A stretch of DNA of 64,000 nucleotides from an uncultured Alistipes sp. (GTDB lineage Bacteria; Bacteroidota; Bacteroidia; Bacteroidales; Rikenellaceae): assembly GCF_949296715.1 (NCBI RefSeq), contig NZ_CASFQD010000059.1:1734-65733 (forward strand). The letters are read 5' to 3'. Shown piece after piece: positions 9,890-20,202 of this stretch (the stretch's first letter is position 1; each line of letters begins with the position of its first letter). The position numbers and the translations under genes are program-made. The notes below the pieces were generated by a model. It was not told the origin of the DNA. It did no database searches and worked only from the letters and a program-made list of their open reading frames with translations.

Positions 9890-11008
9890 TTAGCGGACCG
9901 TGACCTGCAGGGGCGTCGTTGCGGCGGCAACCTCTTCGTTGACCTCCTCGAGCCACTCCTCCATGTCCTCGACGCCGCCCTGGCTCCAGCCCGAACCGGC
10001 GTAGTAGATGAGCGGCTGGCCCGGCTTCACGCTCTTGACGGCCAGTGCGTGCGAGAGCATGTCGGGCAGAATCTCGGCTCCGGGCAGTACGACGGCCGTG
10101 TAGATGTCGCCGTCACGCACGGGGTCCTTCGTGTCGGACGCCGGCTCGCAGAAGGCCACCCAGCCCTCGCCCGTGAGCGTCTGCTTCACGTCGTGGCGCA
10201 CGAAGCCCGCAGCGACGGGCAGTTCGGTGAACGTGCCCGAGTAGGTGTTCTCCATGCGGTTGAAGCGGCGGTTGGCATCCAGCGAGATGATCTTCGTCGT
10301 CGAGACCTCGCTGCCGTTGACCTCGTAGGGGGCGTAGGTCAGCTTCACCGTGGTGCGGATCGGGCCGTTGTCGAGCGTCTCGGCCGTCAGGTAGTTGTGG
10401 GGCATCAGCTGCAGCTCGCCGTTCACGAACGGTACGGCCGAACCGCCGCCGAGCGTGCGGCCCACCTTGTAGCAGTCCATGCCGTCGCCGTAGTTGTGGT
10501 GGTAGTCACCCTTGGCGTACCACTCGTTGATGACCAGTTTGTCGGTGCACTTCACCCAGATGTCGATGCCGGGCGTTACGAGCTGCTCGGGCGAGGTCTC
10601 CAGCGCCGGGCCGTAGAGGCGGTAGGCCACCTTGTTGTTCTCCCAGGCGTAGTCGTCGTAGCGCTCGGGAACCTGGCGTCCGTAGGCCTCGGCGGGGTAG
10701 GCCTCGCGCGTGCCCGTGACGATCGTGAAGTGTTCGGTCTGCATCGCGTCGGCGTCGACCTGGAAGATGAGCGACAGCGGCTCCGTGCCGCCGAAGTAGA
10801 TGACCTGTGAGGGAACCTGCTCCCCCTCGTCGTCGAGTACGACGACGTTTTCGGGCGTCACGCCCTTGAGGGCTTCGATCTGCGACCAGGTGATTTCGAC
10901 GGTTTCGTCGTCGCGGTCGATCTGCGTTGTGTTGGCGACATCGACCTTCAGGCTTTGCGTGCAGGAGGCCATCAGCACGGCTGCAATCCAGAGAATAGTG
11001 TTTTTCAT
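9890..11008 (-). CDS. DUF4861-like lipoprotein (uronate/pectin-locus associated)
   Basis: ORF 9890..11047; the ATG at 11008 gives the lipoprotein signal MKNTILWIAAVLMASC. The family call is from memory of the WENNKVAYRLYGP and GDYHHNYGDGMDCYKVG regions. Confidence 0.65.
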   Translation of the reverse strand: MKNTILWIAAVLMASCTQSLKVDVANTTQIDRDDETVEITWSQIEALKGVTPENVVVLDDEGEQVPSQVIYFGGTEPLSLIFQVDADAMQTEHFTIVTGTREAYPAEAYGRQVPERYDDYAWENNKVAYRLYGPALETSPEQLVTPGIDIWVKCTDKLVINEWYAKGDYHHNYGDGMDCYKVGRTLGGGSAVPFVNGELQLMPHNYLTAETLDNGPIRTTVKLTYAPYEVNGSEVSTTKIISLDANRRFNRMENTYSGTFTELPVAAGFVRHDVKQTLTGEGWVAFCEPASDTKDPVRDGDIYTAVVLPGAEILPDMLSHALAVKSVKPGQPLIYYAGSGWSQGGVEDMEEWLEEVNEEVAAATTPLQVTVR

Positions 11009-11044
11009 AGATGTGTTGTTAGAAGTTTTTTCCTTTTTATTAGG

Positions 11045-11052
11045 CAAAATTA
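11045..11052 (-). promoter_or_regulatory. -7 promoter box TAATTTTG (DUF4861-like gene)
   Basis: Plus strand reads caaaatta. The box is 36 nt upstream of the ATG at 11008, in an AT-rich divergent spacer. Confidence 0.5.
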
Positions 11053-11224
11053 CGATTTTTTCGTATATTGGTCAACCAAAGTGGCAAATAATCTACTTAA
11101 TTCGGTAATTTTTTATACTCCGAATGGTGGAAAGTTGCTAATTTTACATTGTCGAAAAGGCCCCGTTCTTGCGGACCCGCCGACTTGAAACGATACGGAA
11201 CCGAAATTCTGACCAAACAACAAG

Positions 11225-12637
11225 ATGAAACAGTTTAACGACGACAATTTCCTGTTGCAGACCGAGACGGCGCAACGGCTCTACCACGAGCATGCGGCCA
11301 AGATGCCGATCATCGACTACCACTGCCACCTGATTCCCGAGTATGTGGCCTCGAACCACCGTTTCGACAACCTGTCGAAAATCTGGCTCGAGGGCGACCA
11401 CTACAAGTGGCGCGCCATGCGCACGAACGGTGTCGACGAGCGCTACTGCACGGGCAAGGATACGACCGACTGGGAGAAGTTCGAGAAGTGGGCCGAGACG
11501 GTGCCCTACACGATGCGCAACCCGCTCTACCACTGGACGCACCTCGAGCTGAAGACCGCCTTCGGCGTGACGAAGCTGCTCAATCCCTCGACCGCGCGCG
11601 AGATTTACGACCACTGTACGGCGCTGTTGCAGCAGCCCGAGTACTACGCCCGGGGGCTGATGCAGCACTACAACGTCGAGGTGGTCTGCACGACGGACGA
11701 CCCGGTCGATTCGCTCGAACACCACCTGAAGGTGCGCGAGGACGGCTTTGCGGTGAAGATGCTCCCGACGTGGCGCCCCGACAAGGCGATGGCCGTGGAG
11801 AATCCCGCCGAGTTCCGCGCCTACATCGAGAAGCTGTCGGAGGTTTCGGGCGTCTCGATCTCGAAGTTCGCCGACGTGATCGACGCGTTGCGCGTGCGCC
11901 ACAAGTTCTTCGAGTCGGTGGGCTGCCGCCTCTCGGACCACGGCATCGAGGAGTTCTATGCCGAGGACTACACGCAGGCCGAGATCGACGCCATCTTTAA
12001 TAAGGTGTACGGCGGCCAGGCGCTGACGCGCGGCGAGGTGCTCAAGTACAAGACCGCGATGCTCTACGAGTTCGCCGTCATGGACCACGAGACGGGCTGG
12101 ACGCAGCAGTTCCACTACGGCGCCATCCGCAACAACAATTCGCGCATGTTCGCGCAGCTGGGCCCCGATACGGGCTTCGACTCGATCGGCGACTTCACCG
12201 TCGGCAAGCAGATGTCGAAGTTCTTTGACATGCTCGACCGCGAGGACAAGCTCACGCGCACGATCATCTACAACCTCAATCCGCGCGACAACGAGCTCGT
12301 CGCCACGATGCTGGGCAACTTCCAGGACGGCCGCTACGGCGCCGGGAAGATCCAGTTCGGCTCGGGCTGGTGGTTCCTCGACCAGAAGGACGGCATGGAG
12401 AAGCAGATGAACGCCCTCTCGACGCTGGGGCTGTTGAGCCGCTTCGTGGGCATGCTCACCGATTCGCGCTCGTTCCTCTCGTACCCGCGCCACGAGTACT
12501 TCCGCCGCACGTTGTGCAACCTCGTGGGCAACGACATCGAGCAGGGGCTGCTGCCGGCTTCGGAGATCGACTTCATCGGCCGCGAGATCATCGAGGGCAT
12601 CTCGTACCGCAACGCCAAAAACTATTTCAATTTCTAA
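11225..12637 (+). CDS. uxaC: glucuronate (uronate) isomerase
   Basis: 470 aa. N-terminus FLLQTETAQRLYHEHAAKMPIIDYHCHL is typical of UxaC. Confidence 0.95.
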   Translation: MKQFNDDNFLLQTETAQRLYHEHAAKMPIIDYHCHLIPEYVASNHRFDNLSKIWLEGDHYKWRAMRTNGVDERYCTGKDTTDWEKFEKWAETVPYTMRNPLYHWTHLELKTAFGVTKLLNPSTAREIYDHCTALLQQPEYYARGLMQHYNVEVVCTTDDPVDSLEHHLKVREDGFAVKMLPTWRPDKAMAVENPAEFRAYIEKLSEVSGVSISKFADVIDALRVRHKFFESVGCRLSDHGIEEFYAEDYTQAEIDAIFNKVYGGQALTRGEVLKYKTAMLYEFAVMDHETGWTQQFHYGAIRNNNSRMFAQLGPDTGFDSIGDFTVGKQMSKFFDMLDREDKLTRTIIYNLNPRDNELVATMLGNFQDGRYGAGKIQFGSGWWFLDQKDGMEKQMNALSTLGLLSRFVGMLTDSRSFLSYPRHEYFRRTLCNLVGNDIEQGLLPASEIDFIGREIIEGISYRNAKNYFNF

Positions 12638-12654
12638 ATAAACGCATCTGAACC

Positions 12655-13674
12655 ATGAAAATCGTAACATTAGGTGAAATCATGCTGCGTCTCTCGACGC
12701 CGGGCAACACCCGTTTCGTACAATCCGACTCGTTCGACGTCGTCTACGGCGGCGGTGAGGCCAACGTGGCCGTATCGTGCGCCAACTACGGACACGAGGC
12801 CTACTTCGTGACGAAACTTCCCAAACACGAGATCGGCCAGTCGGCCGTCAATGCACTGCGCAAGTACGGCGTGAAGACCGACTACATCGCCCGCGGCGGC
12901 GACCGGGTCGGCATCTACTACCTGGAGACGGGCGCCTCGATGCGTCCCTCGAAGGTGATCTACGACCGGGCCCACTCGGCCATTGCCGAGGCCGATCCGC
13001 AGGACTTCGACTTCGATGCCATCATGGAGGGTGCGCAGTGGTTCCACTGGTCGGGCATCACGCCGGCCATCTCGGACAAGGCGGCCGAGCTGACGCGCCT
13101 GGCCTGCGAGGCCGCGAAGCGTCACGGCGTGACGGTGTCGGTGGACCTGAACTTCCGCAAGAAGCTCTGGACGAAGGAGAAGGCCCAGTCGATCATGAAG
13201 CCGCTGATGCAGTATGTCGACGTCTGCATCGGCAACGAGGAGGACGCCGAGCTGTGCCTGGGCTTCAAGCCCGATGCCGATGTCGAGGGCGGCGAGACGA
13301 ATGCCGAGGGTTACAAGGGCATTTTCCGCCAGATGGCCGAGACGTTCGGTTTCAAGTATGTGATCTCGACGCTGCGCGAGTCCTTCTCGGCCACGCACAA
13401 CGGCTGGAAGGCCATGATCTACAACGGCAAGGAGTTCTACGAGTCGAAGCGTTACGACATCAACCCGATCATCGACCGCGTGGGCGGCGGTGACTCCTTC
13501 TCGGGCGGCATCATCCACGGCCTGCTGACCAAGCCGACGCAGGGCGAGGCCCTCGAGTTCGCCGTGGCCGCTTCGGCGCTGAAGCACACGATCAACGGCG
13601 ACTTCAACCTCGTCTCGGTCGAGGAGGTCGAGTCGCTGGCCGGCGGCAACGCCAGCGGCCGCGTGCAGCGTTAG
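12655..13674 (+). CDS. kdgK: 2-dehydro-3-deoxygluconokinase
   Basis: PfkB kinase with MKIVTLGEIMLRLSTPG, GGGEANVAVSCANYG and GGGDSFSGG motifs. Sits between uxaC and eda. Confidence 0.92.
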   Translation: MKIVTLGEIMLRLSTPGNTRFVQSDSFDVVYGGGEANVAVSCANYGHEAYFVTKLPKHEIGQSAVNALRKYGVKTDYIARGGDRVGIYYLETGASMRPSKVIYDRAHSAIAEADPQDFDFDAIMEGAQWFHWSGITPAISDKAAELTRLACEAAKRHGVTVSVDLNFRKKLWTKEKAQSIMKPLMQYVDVCIGNEEDAELCLGFKPDADVEGGETNAEGYKGIFRQMAETFGFKYVISTLRESFSATHNGWKAMIYNGKEFYESKRYDINPIIDRVGGGDSFSGGIIHGLLTKPTQGEALEFAVAASALKHTINGDFNLVSVEEVESLAGGNASGRVQR

Positions 13675-13774
13675 CACACGGAGATTCCCGGCGGCGGGCG
13701 GTGTTTTCGGATGCCGCCCCGCTTCCGTTGGATGACGCAGAAAAGAAAAATTCAGATAAAAATACCAATAGATT

Positions 13775-14446
13775 ATGGCTCGTTTCAATAAAATGCAAGT
13801 GATGGAGGCCATTGCCAGGACCGGCATGGTTCCCGTATTCTACCATTCGGATGCCGAGGTGGCCAAGCAGGTTGTCAAGGCGTGCTACGAGGGCGGCGTG
13901 CGCGCCTTCGAATTCACCAACCGCGGCGATTTCGCCTCGGAGGTCTTCATCGAGGTGATCAAGTTCGCCGCGAAGGAGTGCCCGGAGATGGTGCTGGGCG
14001 TCGGTACGATCGTCGATGCACCGACGGCCGCCATGTACATCCAGTACGGCGCCAACTTCGTCGTAGGTCCCTACCTGAACCCCGAGGTGGCGAAGGTCTG
14101 CAACCGCCATCTGGTCCCCTATACGCCGGGCTGCGGTTCGGTGACCGAGATCGGTCTGGCCCAGGAGCTGGGCTGCGACCTGACGAAGGTCTTTCCGGCG
14201 GGCAACGTCGGCGGTCCGTCGTTCGTCAAGAACGTCAAGGCGCCGCTGCCCTGGTCGAACATCATGGCTACGGGTGCCGTGGAACCCACCGAGGAGAACC
14301 TCTCGGCATGGTTCAAGGCCGGTGTCTTCTGCGTGGGCATGGGCTCGCAGCTCTTCCCCAAGGAGGTGGTCGCCGCCAAGGACTGGAAGGCCGTTACCGA
14401 GAAGTGCCGCTTCGCACTGGACGTCATCGCCCGCACGAAGAAGTAA
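13775..14446 (+). CDS. eda: KDPG / 4-hydroxy-2-oxoglutarate aldolase
   Basis: 223 aa. Eda-like TIM barrel ([22 protein letters not shown]). Context fits. Confidence 0.9.
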   Translation: MARFNKMQVMEAIARTGMVPVFYHSDAEVAKQVVKACYEGGVRAFEFTNRGDFASEVFIEVIKFAAKECPEMVLGVGTIVDAPTAAMYIQYGANFVVGPYLNPEVAKVCNRHLVPYTPGCGSVTEIGLAQELGCDLTKVFPAGNVGGPSFVKNVKAPLPWSNIMATGAVEPTEENLSAWFKAGVFCVGMGSQLFPKEVVAAKDWKAVTEKCRFALDVIARTKK

Positions 14447-14476
14447 TGATCACTCACACGAACTAAAACCTAACGT

Positions 14477-15967
14477 ATGACAAATACCTCATCAACCTCT
14501 GCAAAACTGATGACCAACTGGCGCTGGTGGATGTGCGTGCTGCTGTTCGTCGCCACCACGGTCAACTACCTGGACCGCCAGGTGCTGTCGCTGACGTGGA
14601 AGGACTTTATCGCACCCGAGTTCCACTGGACCGATGCCGACTACGGCACCATCACCGCCGTCTTCTCGCTCGTCTATGCCGTCTGCATGCTCTTCGCCGG
14701 CCGCTTCATCGACTGGATGGGCACGAAGAGGGGCTATCTGTGGGCCATCGGCGTCTGGTCGGCCGGCGCCTGCCTCCATGCCGCCTGCGGCTGGGCCACG
14801 ATGCACATCGAGGGCTTCGAGTCGGTCAAGGCCATGACGTCGGTCGAGGCGGGATCGGCCGTGGCGCTGGCCGTCGCGTCGACGAGTGTCTGGCTCTTCC
14901 TTGCGGCGCGCTGCATCCTCGCCCTCGGCGAGGCGGGCAACTTCCCCGCAGCCATCAAGGTGACGGCCGAGTACTTCCCGAAGAAGGACCGCGCCTTCGC
15001 CACGTCGATCTTCAACGCCGGTGCGTCGGTGGGCGCGCTGGTCGCTCCGGCCACGATTCCGCTGCTTGCGCAGTACTTCAAGGATCAGGGTGTCGGCGGC
15101 GGCTGGGAGATGGCCTTCCTGATCATCGGTGCACTGGGCTTCCTCTGGATGGGCTTCTGGCTCTTCATGTATGAGAAGCCCGAGAAGTCGAAGCATGTCA
15201 ACGAGGCCGAGCTGGCCTACATCCATCAGGACGACGCCGCGGATGCCGCCGCTTCCGCCGGTGCCAAGACCGAAAAACCCGAGAAGATCATTCCCTTCTG
15301 GCAGTGCTTCACCTACCGTCAGACCTGGTCGTTCATCACCGGCAAGTTCTTCACCGACGGCGTGTGGTGGTTCTACCTCTTCTGGGCTCCGGCCTACTTC
15401 TCGGACCAGTACGGCTACTCGTCCAGTTCGAGCATGGGCATTGCGCTGATCTTCACGCTCTATGCCATCGTGACCGTGCTGTCGATCTTCGGCGGTTACC
15501 TGCCGCGTCTGTTCGTCGACCGCAAGGGCATGAACCCCTATGCCGGACGTATGCTGGCGATGCTGATCTTCGCCTTCCTGCCGCTGCCCGCCCTCTTCGC
15601 GCAGAGCGCCGGTACGGTGTCGGTATGGTGGCCCGCGATCATCATCGGTCTGGCCGGTGCCGGACACCAGGCCTGGTCGGCCAACCTCTTCTCGACGATC
15701 GGCGACATGTTCCCCAAGTCGGCCATCGCGACGATCACGGGTATCGGCGGCATGGCCGGCGGTGTGGGTTCGTTCCTCATCAACAAGGGGGCCGGTGCGC
15801 TCTTCACCCACTCGGAGAAGATGGGCGAGGCCTTCCGCTTCATGGGCTTCGACGGCAAGGAGGCCGGTTACATGATCATCTTCTGCATCTGCGCCGTGGC
15901 CTATCTGGTGGCATGGCTCATCATGAAGACGCTTGTTCCGAAGTACAAACCGATCGTATTGGAATAG
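14477..15967 (+). CDS. MFS transporter, hexuronate (ExuT-like)
   Basis: 496 aa, about 12 TM helices, with the MFS motif NYLDRQVLS. Embedded in the uronate operon. Confidence 0.85.
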   Translation: MTNTSSTSAKLMTNWRWWMCVLLFVATTVNYLDRQVLSLTWKDFIAPEFHWTDADYGTITAVFSLVYAVCMLFAGRFIDWMGTKRGYLWAIGVWSAGACLHAACGWATMHIEGFESVKAMTSVEAGSAVALAVASTSVWLFLAARCILALGEAGNFPAAIKVTAEYFPKKDRAFATSIFNAGASVGALVAPATIPLLAQYFKDQGVGGGWEMAFLIIGALGFLWMGFWLFMYEKPEKSKHVNEAELAYIHQDDAADAAASAGAKTEKPEKIIPFWQCFTYRQTWSFITGKFFTDGVWWFYLFWAPAYFSDQYGYSSSSSMGIALIFTLYAIVTVLSIFGGYLPRLFVDRKGMNPYAGRMLAMLIFAFLPLPALFAQSAGTVSVWWPAIIIGLAGAGHQAWSANLFSTIGDMFPKSAIATITGIGGMAGGVGSFLINKGAGALFTHSEKMGEAFRFMGFDGKEAGYMIIFCICAVAYLVAWLIMKTLVPKYKPIVLE

Positions 15968-15986
15968 TCTAAAATTCTGACATACA

Positions 15987-17444
15987 ATGATTAAGCAGTT
16001 GAATAAGTCGACCGTCGAAAAGGTCGACCGCCCCGTCCGCATCCTTCAGTTCGGCGAGGGTAACTTTCTCCGCGCCTTCGTGGACTGGCAGATCGACATC
16101 GCCAACGAGAAGGGCGTGATGAATTCGGGCGTGGTCATCTGCCAGCCGATCCTCGATCCCGAGCACAAGGTGCTGGGCATGATCGACCTGCTGCACAAGC
16201 AGGACAACATGTACCACGTCTACCTCGAGGGCATCGAGAACAAGCAGCCCAAGAAGGACGTGCGGCTGGTGCGGAGCGTCATGGATTCGTTCAATCCCTA
16301 TGTCGAGTACGAGAAGTACGAGCAGTATTTCCTCTCGCCGGAGCTCAAGGTGACGATCTCGAACACCACCGAGGCGGGCATCCGCTACGAGGAGGGCGAC
16401 GACCTCGAGGCGCGTCCGCCGAAGTCCTACCCGGCGAAGATGACGGCGCTGCTCTACAAGCGTTTCAAGCACTTCAACGGCGATCCGACGAAGGGTCTGT
16501 GCATCATCTGCTGCGAGCTGATCGAGAACAACGGCTCGACGCTGCACGAGTATGTGATCCGCCACGCGATGTACCACGGCCTGGGTGCCGACTTCATCGA
16601 CTGGGTGGAGCGCAACTGCCACTTCTGCGACACGCTCGTCGACCGCATCGTGCCGGGCTTTCCGCGCGACACGATTGCCGAGATCAAGCAGGAGCTGGGC
16701 TATGACGACAACCTCGTCGTGAAGGCCGAGCTGTACCACCTGTGGGCGATCGGCGGCCCGGGTTACAAGGAGGTGATGAAGGAGCTGCCGCTGGACAAGG
16801 CGGGCCTGCACGTGATCTTCATGCCGTCGATCAAGCAGTTCCGCGACAAGAAGGTCCGCATCCTGAACGGCTCGCACACGGGCATGGTGCCCATCGCCCT
16901 GCAGATGGGCTGCGAGACGGTGATGGACGCCTTCAACACGCCCGACATCGAGAAGTTCGTCAACGACATGGTCGCCGAGGAGGTGATCCCGATGATCGAG
17001 GAGGACCAGGAGGAGCTCAAGCAGTTTGCCGCCGGCATTCTGGAGCGCTTCTACAACCCCTTCATCAAGCACATGCTGCGGTCGATCTCGCTCAACTCGC
17101 TGTCGAAGTGGGAGGCGCGCAACTACCCGACGGTCAAGGACAACTGGTTCAAGGCGCAGAAGGTGGCCACGCACGAGTGCTTCACCTTTGCGGCGCTGCT
17201 GTCGCTCTACGGCCCGAAGAGCGGCTTCGAGCCCGACGACACGAAGGAGTTTGTGGAGTACATCCGCACGAACTGGAACCCGGCCGACCTGGAGGGTACC
17301 GTGCGCAGGATCGTCTGCGAGAGCGGCATCTTCACGGTGAACTTCTCGGAGGTTCCGGGCTTCGTTCCGGCCGTTGCCGCCTACCTGGCCGACATCGAGT
17401 CGCTGGGCATGGCCGCTGCGCTCAAGAAGTTTCTCAACGCATAG
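15987..17444 (+). CDS. uxaB: tagaturonate reductase (altronate oxidoreductase)
   Basis: 485 aa mannitol-dehydrogenase-family protein with N-terminus ILQFGEGNFLRAFVDW. Adjacent to uxaA. Confidence 0.9.
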   Translation: MIKQLNKSTVEKVDRPVRILQFGEGNFLRAFVDWQIDIANEKGVMNSGVVICQPILDPEHKVLGMIDLLHKQDNMYHVYLEGIENKQPKKDVRLVRSVMDSFNPYVEYEKYEQYFLSPELKVTISNTTEAGIRYEEGDDLEARPPKSYPAKMTALLYKRFKHFNGDPTKGLCIICCELIENNGSTLHEYVIRHAMYHGLGADFIDWVERNCHFCDTLVDRIVPGFPRDTIAEIKQELGYDDNLVVKAELYHLWAIGGPGYKEVMKELPLDKAGLHVIFMPSIKQFRDKKVRILNGSHTGMVPIALQMGCETVMDAFNTPDIEKFVNDMVAEEVIPMIEEDQEELKQFAAGILERFYNPFIKHMLRSISLNSLSKWEARNYPTVKDNWFKAQKVATHECFTFAALLSLYGPKSGFEPDDTKEFVEYIRTNWNPADLEGTVRRIVCESGIFTVNFSEVPGFVPAVAAYLADIESLGMAAALKKFLNA

Positions 17445-17497
17445 CGCGGGTGCCGTTGCGGCGCCCCGATGAGCGAAACAAGCACATGTTTCAAGAC

Positions 17498-17535
17498 CGG
17501 GCGGAGCCTCTCTGCGGACGCTCCGCCCGTTTTTT
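17498..17535 (+). terminator. strong intrinsic terminator-like hairpin between uxaB and uxaA
   Basis: CGGGCGGAGC-12 nt loop-GCTCCGCCCG followed by TTTTTT. No -7 box lies between it and the uxaA ATG. Confidence 0.75.
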
Positions 17536-17552
17536 CAGATCACAAGACGACC

Positions 17553-19043
17553 ATGAAACGATTTTTGAAAATCAATGCCGCGGACAACGTGGCCATCGCG
17601 CTGGCCGATGACCTGCATGCCGGCGAGACGCTCGACGTCGACGGCGTGCGCGTGACGCTGCGCGAGGATATCGCCCGCGGACACAAGTTCGCGCTGCGCG
17701 ATCTGGCCGAAGGGGAGAACGTCGTCAAGTACGGCTATCCGATCGGCCACACGACGGCCGCCGTGTCGCAGGGCGCGTGGATCCACTCGCACAACCTGAA
17801 GACCAACCTGCACGACGACCTCAAGTACACCTATGCACCGAAGGTCTACGACATCGACACGCCGAAGAGCGATGCGAAGGTGATGGGCTACCTGCGGCGC
17901 AACGGCACGATGGGTATCCGCAACGAGCTGTGGATCGTGCCGTCGGTGGGGTGCGTCAACGGACAGGCGCAGGCCATTGCCGAGCGTGTGCGGCGCGAGT
18001 GCGACTGCTCGCACCTGGACGACGTGCGCGTCTATACGCACAACTACGGCTGCTCGCAGCTGGGCGACGACCACGTAAACACGCGGCGGGCCCTCGCGGC
18101 GCTGGTCAAGCACCCCAATGCCGGTGCCGTGCTGGTGCTGGGTCTGGGCTGCGAGAACAACCAGGTCTCGGCCCTCAAGGAGGAGATCGGCGCGTGGGAC
18201 GACGAGCGCGTGAAGTTCCTCATCGCACAGGAGGTCGAGGACGAGATCGAGACCGGTTTCGAGATCTGCCGCGAGCTGGTCGAGCGCACGAAGGCCGACC
18301 GGCGTGAGCCGCTGCCGCTCTCGTACCTCAAGGTGGGGTTGAAGTGCGGCGGTTCGGACGGCTTCTCGGGCATCACGGCCAACCCGCTCGTGGGGCTCTT
18401 CTCCGACTGGCTCATCGCGCAGGGCGGCACGACCGTCCTGACGGAGGTCCCCGAGATGTTCGGTGCCGAGACGATCCTCATGAACCGGGCGACGGACCGT
18501 CCGGTCTTCGACCGGACGGTGCACCTGATCAACGACTTCAAGGGCTACTTCCGCCGCTATGACCAGCCGATCTACGAGAACCCCTCGCCGGGCAACAAGA
18601 AGGGCGGCATCACGACGCTCGAGGAGAAGTCGCTCGGATGCGTGCAGAAGGGCGGCGCGCAGCCCGTCGTAGACGTGCTCCGCTATGCGCAGCCGATCGG
18701 GCGGCAGGGTCTGAACCTGCTGCAGGCCCCGGGCAACGACCTCGTGGCCGCCTCGGCGCTGGCTCTGTCGGGCTGCCAGCTGGTGCTCTTCACCACGGGA
18801 CGCGGCACCCCCTTCGGGTCGTTCGTCCCGACGATGAAGATCGCGACCAACTCGCAGCTCGCGCGCTTCAAGTCCAACTGGATCGACTTCAATGCCGGGA
18901 CGCTCGTCGAGGACGAGGCGCCGCAGGCCGTGCTTGCCCGCCTGATCGACAAGGTGCTGGCCTCGGCCAACGGCGAACACCTGCACCACGAGAAGACCGG
19001 CTTCAAGGAGATTGCCATCTTCAAGACGGGCGTGACGCTGTAG
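17553..19043 (+). CDS. uxaA: altronate dehydratase
   Basis: ORF 17469..19043; the ATG at 17553 gives MKRFLKINAADNVAIAL (SAF domain), followed by a UxaA/GarD C-terminal domain. Confidence 0.93.
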   Translation: MKRFLKINAADNVAIALADDLHAGETLDVDGVRVTLREDIARGHKFALRDLAEGENVVKYGYPIGHTTAAVSQGAWIHSHNLKTNLHDDLKYTYAPKVYDIDTPKSDAKVMGYLRRNGTMGIRNELWIVPSVGCVNGQAQAIAERVRRECDCSHLDDVRVYTHNYGCSQLGDDHVNTRRALAALVKHPNAGAVLVLGLGCENNQVSALKEEIGAWDDERVKFLIAQEVEDEIETGFEICRELVERTKADRREPLPLSYLKVGLKCGGSDGFSGITANPLVGLFSDWLIAQGGTTVLTEVPEMFGAETILMNRATDRPVFDRTVHLINDFKGYFRRYDQPIYENPSPGNKKGGITTLEEKSLGCVQKGGAQPVVDVLRYAQPIGRQGLNLLQAPGNDLVAASALALSGCQLVLFTTGRGTPFGSFVPTMKIATNSQLARFKSNWIDFNAGTLVEDEAPQAVLARLIDKVLASANGEHLHHEKTGFKEIAIFKTGVTL

Positions 19044-19141
19044 TCCGGCCCCGATTTTTGCGGCGGGCGGGCCGGGAGGCATCCCGGTTCCGCACCGCCG
19101 TTTTTCGTTGAATACGGTTTTTACCGATTATACCGACAGTC

Positions 19142-20188
19142 ATGAAACGGTTTCTGTTGATTCTTGCCGCGCTCTGCGGCGCATGGCACTCCGCCCGGGC
19201 CGCGGAGGAGGTCTATACGGTCGACTGCCGCGGCGGCGGGCAGTTCCGTAGCGTGCAGGAGTGCTTCGACGCCCTGCCGTCGAAACCCGCGGCGTGGCGC
19301 ACGGTCGTCATCCGCCCGGGTACCTACCGCGAGAAGGTGACGCTCGACGTCTACAAGGACAAGGTGTGCATCGTGGCGGCCGAGGCCGGGACGGTGCGCA
19401 TCGTCTGGGACGACTACTCGGGCAAGGTGGTCGACGGACGCGAGCTGACGACCTACGACAGCTACACGATGTCGCTCCAGGCCGACGACGTCTTCATGCA
19501 GGGCATCACCGTCGAGAACGATGCCGGACGGGTCGGCCAGGCTGTGGCCCTCGAGACGCGCGGCGACCGCATCCACCTCTGTGACTGCGCGCTTGTGGGC
19601 GATCAGGATACCTTCTTCACGAAGGGCTACGTCTCGCGCATCTACGTCGAGCGCTGCCACATCGAGGGAACGACCGACTTCATCTTCGGCCCCTCGATCG
19701 TGCTTTTCGACGACTGCACGATCCACTGCAAGGCCGACAGCTTCATCACGGCGGCCTCGACCACCGAGCGCAACCTCTATGGCTATGTCTTCCGCCGCTG
19801 CCGTGTCACGGCGGCCGAGGGCGTGACGAAGCTCTACCTCGGGCGGCCGTGGAAATCGACGGCCCGCACCGTCTGGATCGACTGCGAACTGCCCGCGGCG
19901 ATCCGCCCCGAGGGGTGGCGCGACTGGCACGACACGGCGCGCCGCGGCACAGCCTTCTATGCCGAGTACCGCTGCACGGGCCCCGGTGCCGACCGCTCGG
20001 GCCGCGTGGCGTGGTCGTGCGCCCTGACCGACGAGGAGGCTGCCGCTTACGTCCCCGAACGCATCTTCGCCAAGAAGACCGGCTCGGAGCAGTTCCGCGA
20101 CGACTGGCACGTCACACCCGCCTCGAAAAAAGAGGAGCCCGCCTCGAAAGTCGGGCCTGCCTCGAACACCGTCCCCGCATCGAAATAA
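19142..20188 (+). CDS. pectinesterase (CE8) with a repeat-derived PASK tail
   Basis: Signal peptide present. CE8 motifs QAVAL, GDQDTFF and GTTDFIFG. The C-terminal tail has 4 PAS(K/N) units. Confidence 0.92.
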   Translation: MKRFLLILAALCGAWHSARAAEEVYTVDCRGGGQFRSVQECFDALPSKPAAWRTVVIRPGTYREKVTLDVYKDKVCIVAAEAGTVRIVWDDYSGKVVDGRELTTYDSYTMSLQADDVFMQGITVENDAGRVGQAVALETRGDRIHLCDCALVGDQDTFFTKGYVSRIYVERCHIEGTTDFIFGPSIVLFDDCTIHCKADSFITAASTTERNLYGYVFRRCRVTAAEGVTKLYLGRPWKSTARTVWIDCELPAAIRPEGWRDWHDTARRGTAFYAEYRCTGPGADRSGRVAWSCALTDEEAAAYVPERIFAKKTGSEQFRDDWHVTPASKKEEPASKVGPASNTVPASK

Positions 20189-20202
20189 TCCCGTTTCCCG
20201 CC

